Assembly (NCBI GenBank): GCA_009841335.1
Contig: VXLY01000028.1
Location: forward strand, 3,313 to 67,312
DNA length: 64,000 bases
Source of the DNA: Rhodothermaceae bacterium
Lineage (GTDB): Bacteria; Bacteroidota; Rhodothermia; Rhodothermales; Bin80
Direction: 5' to 3'
The notes under the pieces were generated by a model that was not told the origin of the DNA, made no database searches, and saw nothing but the letters and a program-made list of their open reading frames with translations. The first letter of the stretch is position 1, and each line of letters begins with the position of its first letter. Positions 56,230 through 64,000 of the stretch are shown here, piece by piece. The translations under genes and the position numbers were made by a program.

Positions 56230-57678
56230 TCATCTATTCCTATACTCGCTGTAAGCCTCTAGTGCCCGCTGCCTCCCGGTACTCAGGTCAATGATCGGGC
56301 GAGGGTACTCTTGATCCGGAGTCAGGTCCCAGGACTTGGGTACAGCCTCAAAATAATCCAATGCGTTCGGATGAGGTGGTCTGCGACCCTCGGCAAGAAA
56401 CCTGTCCCTGTACCGCTTATCCGCATCAAACTTCTCGGCCTGGAGCCCAGGATTGAAAATCCTGAAGTAAGGGGCAGCATCAGGACCTGACCCGGCAACC
56501 CACTGCCACCCCATAGCATTGGAAGCAATATCCCAGTCGATCAAACACTCGCGGAACCAAGCCTCTCCAACCCACCACCCGGTCACTAGATGTTTAGTTA
56601 AGAAGCTGGCTACTAACATACGGCCCCGATTATGCATGGTGCCTGTCGTATACATTTCACGCATAGCGGCATCCACGATCTCAATACCAGTCATTCCGCG
56701 TCGCCAAGCTTCCGCATCCTCGTTATCATTCCGCCACGGGAAATTATCCCACGCGGAACGCCAGTTCTCTTTGATAATGTGTGGGGTATAATAGAGAAGG
56801 TGATATGCGAATTCCCTCCAAGCTATCTCTCGCAGGAAATACTTGACTTCTGCGGTGCGTGTGCCCGTGCCCTCCATGGCATTTTTCGCAGCATACCAGA
56901 GCCTGTGCGGTGATATTTCACCATAGGTCAGATTTTCTGACAGCCTTGAAGTTGAATCCAGCCCCAAATAGTCCCTCTCGGATTTGTAGCACCCAATTGT
57001 GTCTACGATAAATCGATCAAGCCGCTCAGAGGCCGCATGCTCTCCCACCTTAGCATAGCGAGAAACAATGGCCGCTCCGCGATCCATTCCAGCACCAAGG
57101 CACCAATCAGAAAGCTTATCGCTCGCGGGCCAATTGTCGGGAGGAGAAAGATCACTTGGGGAGCCTAATGGCTGCCCAATGTCCCTGTGCTGCACTGCTT
57201 TCCAAAAAGGAGTGAAGACCCTGTAGAACCGCCCCCGCTGCGTCTGAACCGTCCAGGGCTCAAATAACAGACTGGAGTTGACTTCTAGGACCTCAATACC
57301 CTGGTCATCCAGTTCCGATTTTATTTCATTGTCCCTGTCAATTGACATAGGATCGTAGAGTCTGGACCACACAACGCGCCGTGCTCCAGTCTCCGCAATC
57401 AAGGACTTCAAGATCTTCAACGGATCTCCGCGTCGAAGCAGCAGCTGGCTCTTATGCTTTCTGAGACTACTTGCCAGTGACCGCAAGCTTTCTCCCAATC
57501 TCCACTTAGGTGCTGCTCCGTAGGTCTCTTCAATGAGAGAATCAAGAATAAAAACCGGCCAAACAGGGCCACCTTCTTCAAGTGCCGCCCTCCATGCAGG
57601 CTGATCCCGCAGTCGGAGATCTCGACGCAGCCATAAAACGGTTCCTCCTGCTAGAGTATGGTGCATACTCCGTGCCAT
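56230..57678 (-). CDS. phrB: deoxyribodipyrimidine photolyase (CPD class I / cryptochrome family)
   Basis: N-terminal LWLRRDLRLRDQPAW. FAD-binding region REFAYHLLYYTPH, TGIEIVDAAMREMYTTGTMHNRGRMLVASFLTKHL, DWDIASNAMGWQWVAGSGPDAAPYFRIFNP. Confidence 0.9.
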   Translation of the reverse strand: MARSMHHTLAGGTVLWLRRDLRLRDQPAWRAALEEGGPVWPVFILDSLIEETYGAAPKWRLGESLRSLASSLRKHKSQLLLRRGDPLKILKSLIAETGARRVVWSRLYDPMSIDRDNEIKSELDDQGIEVLEVNSSLLFEPWTVQTQRGRFYRVFTPFWKAVQHRDIGQPLGSPSDLSPPDNWPASDKLSDWCLGAGMDRGAAIVSRYAKVGEHAASERLDRFIVDTIGCYKSERDYLGLDSTSRLSENLTYGEISPHRLWYAAKNAMEGTGTRTAEVKYFLREIAWREFAYHLLYYTPHIIKENWRSAWDNFPWRNDNEDAEAWRRGMTGIEIVDAAMREMYTTGTMHNRGRMLVASFLTKHLVTGWWVGEAWFRECLIDWDIASNAMGWQWVAGSGPDAAPYFRIFNPGLQAEKFDADKRYRDRFLAEGRRPPHPNALDYFEAVPKSWDLTPDQEYPRPIIDLSTGRQRALEAYSEYRNR

Positions 57679-57846
57679 GCCTTTTGAAGTGTCTCAATCG
57701 TCCGGTTCAACAAATAGACCCGTCAATACGGTTAACGACCGGATATTCGAGGCAAAAATATCAAATCTCGCCCGGACGAGCATTTGGGGCTGAGTACATA
57801 ATCCGCAAAAATATGCTCCAGTCTGGCAGAGCAACCGATTGTAATG

Positions 57847-58314
57847 CTACTCAACCGTTATCGTAACCGGGTCTGATACTACAGGAGGATCGTGTGGTAT
57901 GTGTGCATAATCCCCCAAAACTAGTTGAAGTGTGTACGTACCCGGGCCGAGGTCCAATGTGGTTTCCGTCTGACCAAGGCCAAAGTGGAGGTGTACCGAG
58001 TCCGTAGGGATGGGCATATCCATAGGCGGTAGCTCTTCGGCATTAATCAATAGATGATGATGTCCCGAATTGTCAAATTCTATACCCGCCGGTGCAACCC
58101 CCATGCCAGATAGTCCAAACTTAACCGTAACCGCACCACTCTGCACAACAGATTCATCCTCCGGTGCGATGATGTACACAGCCGCCCCCTCCGCGGATGT
58201 AGACGGCATGTAAGCCTCCGTCTGTGTAGATTCCGCGGGAGGTTCAACCTCTGTCTGGCAAGCGGCAAATATCAATAAGGCTATAATCCAATTCCACTTC
58301 ATCGAAATATGCAT
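57847..58314 (-). CDS. DUF4399-like lipoprotein
   Basis: Lipobox LLIFAAC. SGHHHLLINAEELPPMDMPIPTDSVHLHFGLGQTETTLDLGPGTYTLQLVLGDYAH matches the DUF4399 core as I recall it. Confidence 0.65.
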   Translation of the reverse strand: MHISMKWNWIIALLIFAACQTEVEPPAESTQTEAYMPSTSAEGAAVYIIAPEDESVVQSGAVTVKFGLSGMGVAPAGIEFDNSGHHHLLINAEELPPMDMPIPTDSVHLHFGLGQTETTLDLGPGTYTLQLVLGDYAHIPHDPPVVSDPVTITVE

Positions 58315-58463
58315 TCGTAATGGTTGTCTGCTAAGATACGCCAGTCAACCCAATCTCACTAACCGAACTGGCAACCGCACATAATCATCAGCGTTGCACA
58401 GTTGCTCAGAATTCTGTACGGCTGGTTACTCTTCTAACTTTTGGCCCCAAAGAAACCCACGCT

Positions 58464-58910
58464 TTGGGTCAGTGGATTGGCGCACGATTGCCCGACGATG
58501 CTGTCGTTGGTCTGGACGGCACCTTGGGGACAGGCAAAACCTGTTTCGTTCAAGGACTAGCCCACGGACTCGGCGTCCCTGCAGATACCCACGTAACCAG
58601 CCCTGCTTATAATCTGATTCAAACGTACATGATCGATCAGCAAAAACTCACACATATTGATTTTTACAGACTCCCAAGCCTATCTGTGGACGATTTTATG
58701 CTGTTTGAGGAGGCGTTCTTGGGACCGCGAAATATCGTGGTTGCCGAATGGGCATCAGGGTTTATAGAAAACTTTGCACCGGAGCCCCTGCACATTATGA
58801 TCTCAAAGGAGCCCGAGGAAAATACGCGGCGTATCAAGGTGTCTTCCTCCTCTTCAACCTACGCACAGTTGCTCAATAAACTGTCCGACTATGCGAACAT
58901 TGATAATTGA
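58464..58910 (+). CDS. tsaE: tRNA t6A37 biosynthesis ATPase TsaE
   Basis: P-loop GLDGTLGTGKTCFVQGLAHGLG, followed by TSPAYNLIQTY and HIDFYRL, which are TsaE hallmarks. The start is uncertain. The only canonical start in frame is the TTG at 58464, which truncates the usual N-terminal 10-15 aa; the frame is open back to 58335. Confidence 0.8.
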   Translation: MGQWIGARLPDDAVVGLDGTLGTGKTCFVQGLAHGLGVPADTHVTSPAYNLIQTYMIDQQKLTHIDFYRLPSLSVDDFMLFEEAFLGPRNIVVAEWASGFIENFAPEPLHIMISKEPEENTRRIKVSSSSSTYAQLLNKLSDYANIDN

Positions 58911-59538
58911 TACATCAGGTCAATTCACAACCGTTCTGGTTGCAAAAGAGACCAATCTTAGTACCGCCTCCATTCTACAAGGACGCCCCGCTGAACATTT
59001 GCATGAGCAAGTTCAGACCTCTCTTTCCAGTTTGCATATTAAACCCTCAGACCTGGATCGCATCGCAGTCGTCGTAGGGCCTGGTTCGTGGACTGGCCTC
59101 AACATTGGAGTAACCGCTGCAAAGACATTCGCACAGGTATTGGATATACCCCTCTCACCGATAAGTACGCTGGATGCGTTGGTCGCCGGCCATTCAAAGC
59201 CTACCTGGGCCATCATGAACGCAGGGCGGGGGCAATGCTATTATGTGCGCTGCACGTGTTTTACACACGACGTACAACCGGCAATGGCCGTGGCTCCACT
59301 GGATACAGTTTTCAACCAAATTCGGACCGACACCAGCGCGGTCACAGTCCTTGAGTATGGCAATACGTTCGAGAACCAGTTGTGCGGAGACCACAGGTAC
59401 CAATCCGCAGCACGCTTACTGCCTGAATCACTGATCTCCATAATGAATCAATCCCCCCTCCTAGAAGGAGATGCAATCAAGCTACTCAAACCGGTCTACC
59501 TCCAGCCTGCCCTGGCGGAGCGTGGTACAATCAGTTAA
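58891..59538 (+). CDS. tsaB: tRNA t6A37 biosynthesis protein TsaB
   Basis: MRTLIIDTSGQ...IAVVVGPGSWTGLNIGVTAAKTFAQVLDIPLSPISTLDAL is the TsaB/YeaZ N-terminal pattern. It sits between tsaE and tsaD. Confidence 0.75.
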   Translation: MRTLIIDTSGQFTTVLVAKETNLSTASILQGRPAEHLHEQVQTSLSSLHIKPSDLDRIAVVVGPGSWTGLNIGVTAAKTFAQVLDIPLSPISTLDALVAGHSKPTWAIMNAGRGQCYYVRCTCFTHDVQPAMAVAPLDTVFNQIRTDTSAVTVLEYGNTFENQLCGDHRYQSAARLLPESLISIMNQSPLLEGDAIKLLKPVYLQPALAERGTIS

Positions 59539-59547
59539 TGGTCTTCG

Positions 59548-60582
59548 ATGCTGATCCTTGGTATAGATACTTCCTGTGACGATACTGGTGCGGCTGTGGT
59601 GCGCGATGGGCATGAAGTATTGTCAAATGTTATTGCATCACAATACAAAGCTCATGACCGATTTGGGGGTGTCGTACCTGTGATTGCAGCACGGGAACAC
59701 ACCGCCAAGATCAGTTTTATCCTTGAGTCCGCATTGGAAGAAGCTGGTATCTCATTTACGGACCTTGATGCAGTCGCTGTTTCACATCATCAAGGGCTTC
59801 TCCTTGCGCTTGTCGTTGGAGTTTCAGCTGCAAAATCAATAGCACTGGCCTGCAACATTCCTTTGATTGGCATCCATCACCTGGAAGGACATATCTATTC
59901 CAACCTGATGGGACGCTCCAAAGTGCTCAAGTTTCCGTTTCTTTGCCTCACAGTTGCAGGAGGTCACACTCTCCTGCTGAAAGTAGCCTCTCACGGTACG
60001 TATGAACTACTCGGCCATACGCGCGATGACGCTGCGGGTGAAGTATTCGACAAGGTCGCGCGCCATCTCGGATTAGGGCATCCGGGAGGCGCAGCCATTG
60101 AAAAACTGGCCGAGAATGGCGATCCAGAAGCCTATAACTTCCCCCGGCCCCTTATCAATCGTACCGATGGTGAGTTCAGCTTCAGTGGCCTCAAAACTGC
60201 AGTAATCGCAGCAATTGACCGAGATCCCAACCTCAACAAGGCCGACCTGTGCGCCAGCTTCCAACAGGCCGTCGTGGACCTGCTTGTTTCAAAAACCATA
60301 CGCATGGCCGGCGAACATCAACTGCGGCAGATTACATTGGCAGGGGGTGTAGCGCTTAACTCCCCCCTGCGAACGGCGCTTAGGCACGCTGCCGATGATT
60401 ACGGGTATCAAATCTTTACGCCGCGTGATGATCTGTGCATGGATAATGGCGCTATGGTAGCTGGCGCAGCCTATTTTCTTTATAAGGAGCGCGGTCCAAA
60501 CCCAATTGGTATTGATACACGTGCCAACGCTCCACTCGGATCTAAGGGTATTCGCTATCGCCACGACAGCAAGTACAGGTAA
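59548..60582 (+). CDS. tsaD: tRNA N6-adenosine threonylcarbamoyltransferase TsaD
   Basis: MLILGIDTSCDDTGAAVV, GIHHLEGHIYS, VAGGHTLL and GHPGGAAIEKLA are Kae1/TsaD signature regions. Confidence 0.9.
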   Translation: MLILGIDTSCDDTGAAVVRDGHEVLSNVIASQYKAHDRFGGVVPVIAAREHTAKISFILESALEEAGISFTDLDAVAVSHHQGLLLALVVGVSAAKSIALACNIPLIGIHHLEGHIYSNLMGRSKVLKFPFLCLTVAGGHTLLLKVASHGTYELLGHTRDDAAGEVFDKVARHLGLGHPGGAAIEKLAENGDPEAYNFPRPLINRTDGEFSFSGLKTAVIAAIDRDPNLNKADLCASFQQAVVDLLVSKTIRMAGEHQLRQITLAGGVALNSPLRTALRHAADDYGYQIFTPRDDLCMDNGAMVAGAAYFLYKERGPNPIGIDTRANAPLGSKGIRYRHDSKYR

Positions 60583-60586
60583 CCAG

Positions 60587-62077
60587 CTACGCGTAGTAAA
60601 AGTCCTTCAACCTTGGATACAACCCCGTGAACTGTTCATATAATTCCAAATACCTTGATTCGTGCTTCCCCGGCTCGGACAGTTCACGCATACATACCGT
60701 TGCATCGCACGCTTCCTGCACGGAAGACCAAATGCCACTCCCAGTTCCTGCAAGCAGCGCAGCGCCCATCGCCGCTCCTTCGGTTACCTCAACCACGTTC
60801 AGGGGATATCCCATTATATCTGCCAGTATCTGTCTCCACAGTGGACTCTTCGCACCTCCGCCGGAAATCCTGATCCTCTCGGGTGCAGGCAGTCCCGAGG
60901 CACGGAGCAGAAGAAGATTATCTCTCAATCCATAAGCAACGCCTTCCAGTACAGCCCTCGTAAGATGGCCCCGGCCATGACGGGAGGTGAGTCCGATAAA
61001 ACTGCCTCGAACGAGTGGATCGGCATGTGGGGTACGCTCACCGCTGAGGTACGGCGAAAAGAATAAACCCTCGCTGCCAGGTTCGACATCCGCCGCCTCT
61101 GAGAGCAGTTTGGCATAAGAAGTGTTGCCCGCAAACGTATCGCGATACCACTGGAGACTGCCTGCTGCACTCAACATGACCCCCATCATGTGCCAGGTCT
61201 CAGGAAGCGCATGCGGAAATGCATGCGCCCGCCCAAGCGAGTCTGTGCGTGGATGATCGCACGGCGCGAACACAACCCCTGAGGTTCCCAGCGTAACCGC
61301 CCACGTACTGGGATGTATGGCCCCTACCCCGACTGCTTGCGCTGCCTGATCTCCGCCCCCTGCGTAAATAGGCACCGCCTTTGGAAGCCCGGTTTCTGAT
61401 GCACAGGTACGGCTCACTGTACCTGTGGCTGCGGTGCCCTCATATGTAGGGGGTAGCCATGCCTCTGGAATATTCAGTTCCTTGAGTAAATCTGAGGCCC
61501 ATGTACGCGATGCTAAATCCAACATCAGAGTTCCGCCTGCACCTGCCTTGTCCGCAGCATATTCTCCGCTCAGCTGCCAACGGATGTAGTCCTTCGGCAA
61601 TAAAACCTGGGCGATCCTGTCGAAATTATCCGGCTCATGATCACGAACCCACAAGAGCTTGGGGGCTGTGAAGCCGGTGAATGCGTCATTGCCTGTAGTC
61701 GCGACTAGACGCTTTAGTCCGATCTGCGCGCGAATGGCTTCGCACTGCGCCCCGGCCCTTCCATCATTCCACAACATAGCCGGTCGCAAAACCTTGCCAT
61801 CTGAATCCAGGATCACCAGGCCATGCATTTGTCCAGTTAGCCCAATCGCCTGCACAGCTTTTGCATCCACCGACGGCAACGCCAAAACGCCTTGAATACT
61901 CTTGCTCATTGCACTCCACCAATCCTCAGGAGCCTGTTCGCGCCAAAGCGGATAAGGACTTGACAGCGTATGATCCGTCGCAAATTGTCCAAGTACGCTG
62001 CCCTCTGCGTCTATACAAACAGCTTTGGAGGCTGTTGTGGATACATCAAGTCCGAGAATGCAGGGGGCAGATGTCAT
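60587..62077 (-). CDS. xylB: xylulokinase (FGGY family)
   Basis: ILGLDVSTTASKAVCID, GLTGQMHGLVILD, LGTSGVVF and ISGGGAKSPLWRQILADIMG give the typical XylB motif order. Confidence 0.8.
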   Translation of the reverse strand: MTSAPCILGLDVSTTASKAVCIDAEGSVLGQFATDHTLSSPYPLWREQAPEDWWSAMSKSIQGVLALPSVDAKAVQAIGLTGQMHGLVILDSDGKVLRPAMLWNDGRAGAQCEAIRAQIGLKRLVATTGNDAFTGFTAPKLLWVRDHEPDNFDRIAQVLLPKDYIRWQLSGEYAADKAGAGGTLMLDLASRTWASDLLKELNIPEAWLPPTYEGTAATGTVSRTCASETGLPKAVPIYAGGGDQAAQAVGVGAIHPSTWAVTLGTSGVVFAPCDHPRTDSLGRAHAFPHALPETWHMMGVMLSAAGSLQWYRDTFAGNTSYAKLLSEAADVEPGSEGLFFSPYLSGERTPHADPLVRGSFIGLTSRHGRGHLTRAVLEGVAYGLRDNLLLLRASGLPAPERIRISGGGAKSPLWRQILADIMGYPLNVVEVTEGAAMGAALLAGTGSGIWSSVQEACDATVCMRELSEPGKHESRYLELYEQFTGLYPRLKDFYYA

Positions 62078-62126
62078 AAGAGTCGAGTGACGTTAACTGT
62101 TTGTAATGCATTAATTTTGTTCAATC

Positions 62127-63623
62127 ATGAAGATAGCACCGCCATACGGATTACGACAACGCGTGGGCCTTTTCCTGGGTCCAATTTGGCTGTTGGCGGT
62201 GCTTATGCTTCCTCCCCCGAGTGGAATGGAAATTGAAGCCTGGTACACAGCGGGCGCAGCCCTGTTGATGGCCACGTGGTGGATTGCCGAATCCATCCCA
62301 ATTCCCGCAACTTCCCTTCTCCCGCTGATTCTGTTCCCAATCATGGGAGTGAACACCATGCAGGAAACCGCAGCGCCCTATGCACATCCTATCATATTTC
62401 TGTTCATGGGAGGCTTTATCATCGCACTGGGAATGATGCGATGGGATTTACACCGGCGCATTGCAATCTGGATTATTTCTCGTGCGGGTACGGGACCCCG
62501 GGCCCTGATTGCCGGGTTCATGGTAGCAACCGCAGGACTTAGCATGTGGGTCAGCAATACTGCAACGACCCTGATGATGCTGCCCGTTGCCCTCTCTGTC
62601 ATCACGCTGGCCGATACTGAGGGAACAGTAGAGCGATTTAAGCACCATTTTGCAGTTGCTCTACTCCTAGGCGTTGCATATGCTGCCAACATAGGAGGAA
62701 TGGGTACCCTCATCGGCACAATTCCAAACGCATTTATCAGTGCATTCTTCGAAAGTGAGTACGGCTACACCATAACGTTTATTAAATGGCTATCGGTTGG
62801 TGTACCGGTTGTGATAGTTGGTGTGCCCTTGGTATTCTTTGCGATTACCCGACTGCTCTACAAATTTGACAAACAGGATCTGATAGGAAGTAAATCAATC
62901 ATCGCAAGGGAAAAACAAAAACTCGGCCCAATGAAGAAGGGCGAGAAAATCGTTGCCGTAGTGTTCACTATTACCGCATTGCTCTGGATCACACGTCCAT
63001 TACTTGCTCCCATAATCCCCGGGTTGACCGATGCAAATATCGCGATGATCGGAGGATTATCACTGTTCGTAATCCCGGTGGATTTCAAGCGCGGCATCTT
63101 CGCACAGGATTGGGATACTGCCAAGAAGCTTCCATGGGGGGCACTCATCCTGATTGGAGGCGGCCTGAGCCTCGCGGGTGCTGTTTCCAGTAGTGGCCTC
63201 GCTGCGTGGCTCGGCGAATCACTCCAACCACTTCAACAGTATCCCACGATCCTTATTGTCCTTGTCACAACGGGTGTTATTGTTTTTCTTACAGAGATTA
63301 CCAGCAATACCGCTACAACAGCAACTTTCCTGCCGGTGCTTGCTGCTCTTGCTCTGGCCGTTGGAGAGAGCCCCCTGCTTCTGGCGGTGCCAGCCGCCCT
63401 AGGAGCCAGTTGTGCATTCATGCTACCGGTTGCTACGCCCCCAAATGCTATCGTTTATGGGAGTGGACGCGTTACGGTCTTCGAAATGGCACGGGCAGGC
63501 TTTTTGCTCAACTTTGCTTTTCTTTTACTGATCACTATTGCTGCATACTCTATTATACTCTGGGTATTTGGGATCGATGTTGGAACTATTCCGGCCTGGG
63601 TCGCACAAAGCCCTCCACCATGA
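62127..63623 (+). CDS. DASS/SLC13-family anion (sulfate/di-tricarboxylate):Na+ symporter
   Basis: 498-aa polytopic protein with the two SNT hairpin motifs of the family (MWVSNTATTLMMLPV and EITSNTATTATFLPV). Confidence 0.8.
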   Translation: MKIAPPYGLRQRVGLFLGPIWLLAVLMLPPPSGMEIEAWYTAGAALLMATWWIAESIPIPATSLLPLILFPIMGVNTMQETAAPYAHPIIFLFMGGFIIALGMMRWDLHRRIAIWIISRAGTGPRALIAGFMVATAGLSMWVSNTATTLMMLPVALSVITLADTEGTVERFKHHFAVALLLGVAYAANIGGMGTLIGTIPNAFISAFFESEYGYTITFIKWLSVGVPVVIVGVPLVFFAITRLLYKFDKQDLIGSKSIIAREKQKLGPMKKGEKIVAVVFTITALLWITRPLLAPIIPGLTDANIAMIGGLSLFVIPVDFKRGIFAQDWDTAKKLPWGALILIGGGLSLAGAVSSSGLAAWLGESLQPLQQYPTILIVLVTTGVIVFLTEITSNTATTATFLPVLAALALAVGESPLLLAVPAALGASCAFMLPVATPPNAIVYGSGRVTVFEMARAGFLLNFAFLLLITIAAYSIILWVFGIDVGTIPAWVAQSPPP

Positions 63624-63670
63624 CAGTAAACGTACATACGTGTCAATATCAGAACAACATCAGATCATAA

Positions 63671-64000
63671 ATGAACCATTGCGTTACATTCGGCGAAATC
63701 ATGCTGCGGCTTTCTCCGCCTGGGTTCCAGCGATTCGTGCAGGCCTCCTCATTTGACGTGCGCTATGGCGGGGCCGAAGCAAATGTTGCCGCCTCACTGG
63801 CCGGATTTGGGATCCCCGTTCAGTTCGTCTCACGCGTGCCCTCGAACGAGTTGGGCACCAGCGCGGTGCAAGCTGTACGTGCACTCGGTATCGGAACACA
63901 ATTTATCCAGCGCGGAGGCGAGCGCCTGGGGATCTACTTCCTGGAAACCGGCGCATCTGCACGTGCAAGCAAGGTTGTTTATGACCGCGCATACTCGGGC
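63671..64000 (+). CDS. kdgK: 2-dehydro-3-deoxygluconokinase-like PfkB sugar kinase, N-terminal part (runs off the right edge)
   Basis: Own translation from the ATG at 63671: MNHCVTFGEIMLRLSPPGFQRFVQASSFDVRYGGAEANVAASLAGFGIPVQFVSRVPSNELGTSAVQAVRALGIGTQFIQRGGERLGIYFLETGASARASKVVYDRAYSG. The FGEIMLRLSP...YGGAEANVA pattern is typical of KdgK. Confidence 0.7.
   Translation, partial: MNHCVTFGEIMLRLSPPGFQRFVQASSFDVRYGGAEANVAASLAGFGIPVQFVSRVPSNELGTSAVQAVRALGIGTQFIQRGGERLGIYFLETGASARASKVVYDRAYSG

Noticed and set aside
1-64000. Search for CRISPR arrays, tRNA, rRNA or other structured RNA genes
   Set aside because: I saw no regularly spaced direct repeats. No cloverleaf-like or rRNA-like sequence turned up in any intergenic region (249-606, 1582-1808, 3132-3542, 17665-18550, 23263-23699, 26362-26630, 29232-29888, 33907-34110, 39775-40159, 45295-45842, 52334-52724, 55735-56229). 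tRNAscan or Infernal would be needed to exclude small RNAs formally.

Overview
This 64-kb window appears to come from an FCB-group (Bacteroidota/Rhodothermota/Balneolota-like) genome and is dominated by polysaccharide-utilisation genes. I found no rRNA, tRNA or CRISPR array.

Main content:
- **Sulfatase operon (17664 to 3543, minus strand).** Eight tightly packed genes: a TonB-dependent receptor, a T9SS-CTD cargo protein, a PorV/PorQ-like barrel, a sulfatase, an ankyrin protein, a second sulfatase, and two unknown exported proteins of 938 aa and 431 aa.
- **Other carbohydrate genes.** These include a susC/susD pair and a GH116 hydrolase. fucP, a PhoD-like protein with a third sulfatase, and a DUF1080 protein are also present. 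The sugar kinases are rhaB-like, xylB and kdgK.
- **Housekeeping and other genes.** These include cusCBA-type metal efflux, a photolyase, tsaE-tsaB-tsaD and a DASS transporter.

The accessory segment at about 23.7-33.9 kb is the most interesting part:
- An apparently intact IS1595-family element lies here. It has 37-bp terminal inverted repeats (36/37 identical) and an 8-bp TAAAAAAA target-site duplication.
- As passenger it carries a beta-class DNA methyltransferase fused to an Mrr-like PD-(D/E)xK domain, translationally coupled to the transposase.
- Next to a decayed IS4/IS5 transposase fragment sits a coupled Mre11/SbcD-like phosphoesterase and a 920-aa Rad50/SMC-like ATPase. The ATPase coiled-coil apex is a two-helix membrane hairpin (YhaO/YhaN-like).

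I also saw signs of segmental paralogy inside the PUL. There is a 56-codon relic of a GH116 3' end. The GH116 and receptor operons share a promoter block, and the two receptor genes have homologous leaders and signal peptides.

All functional calls rest on motif recognition by eye. No database searches were run.
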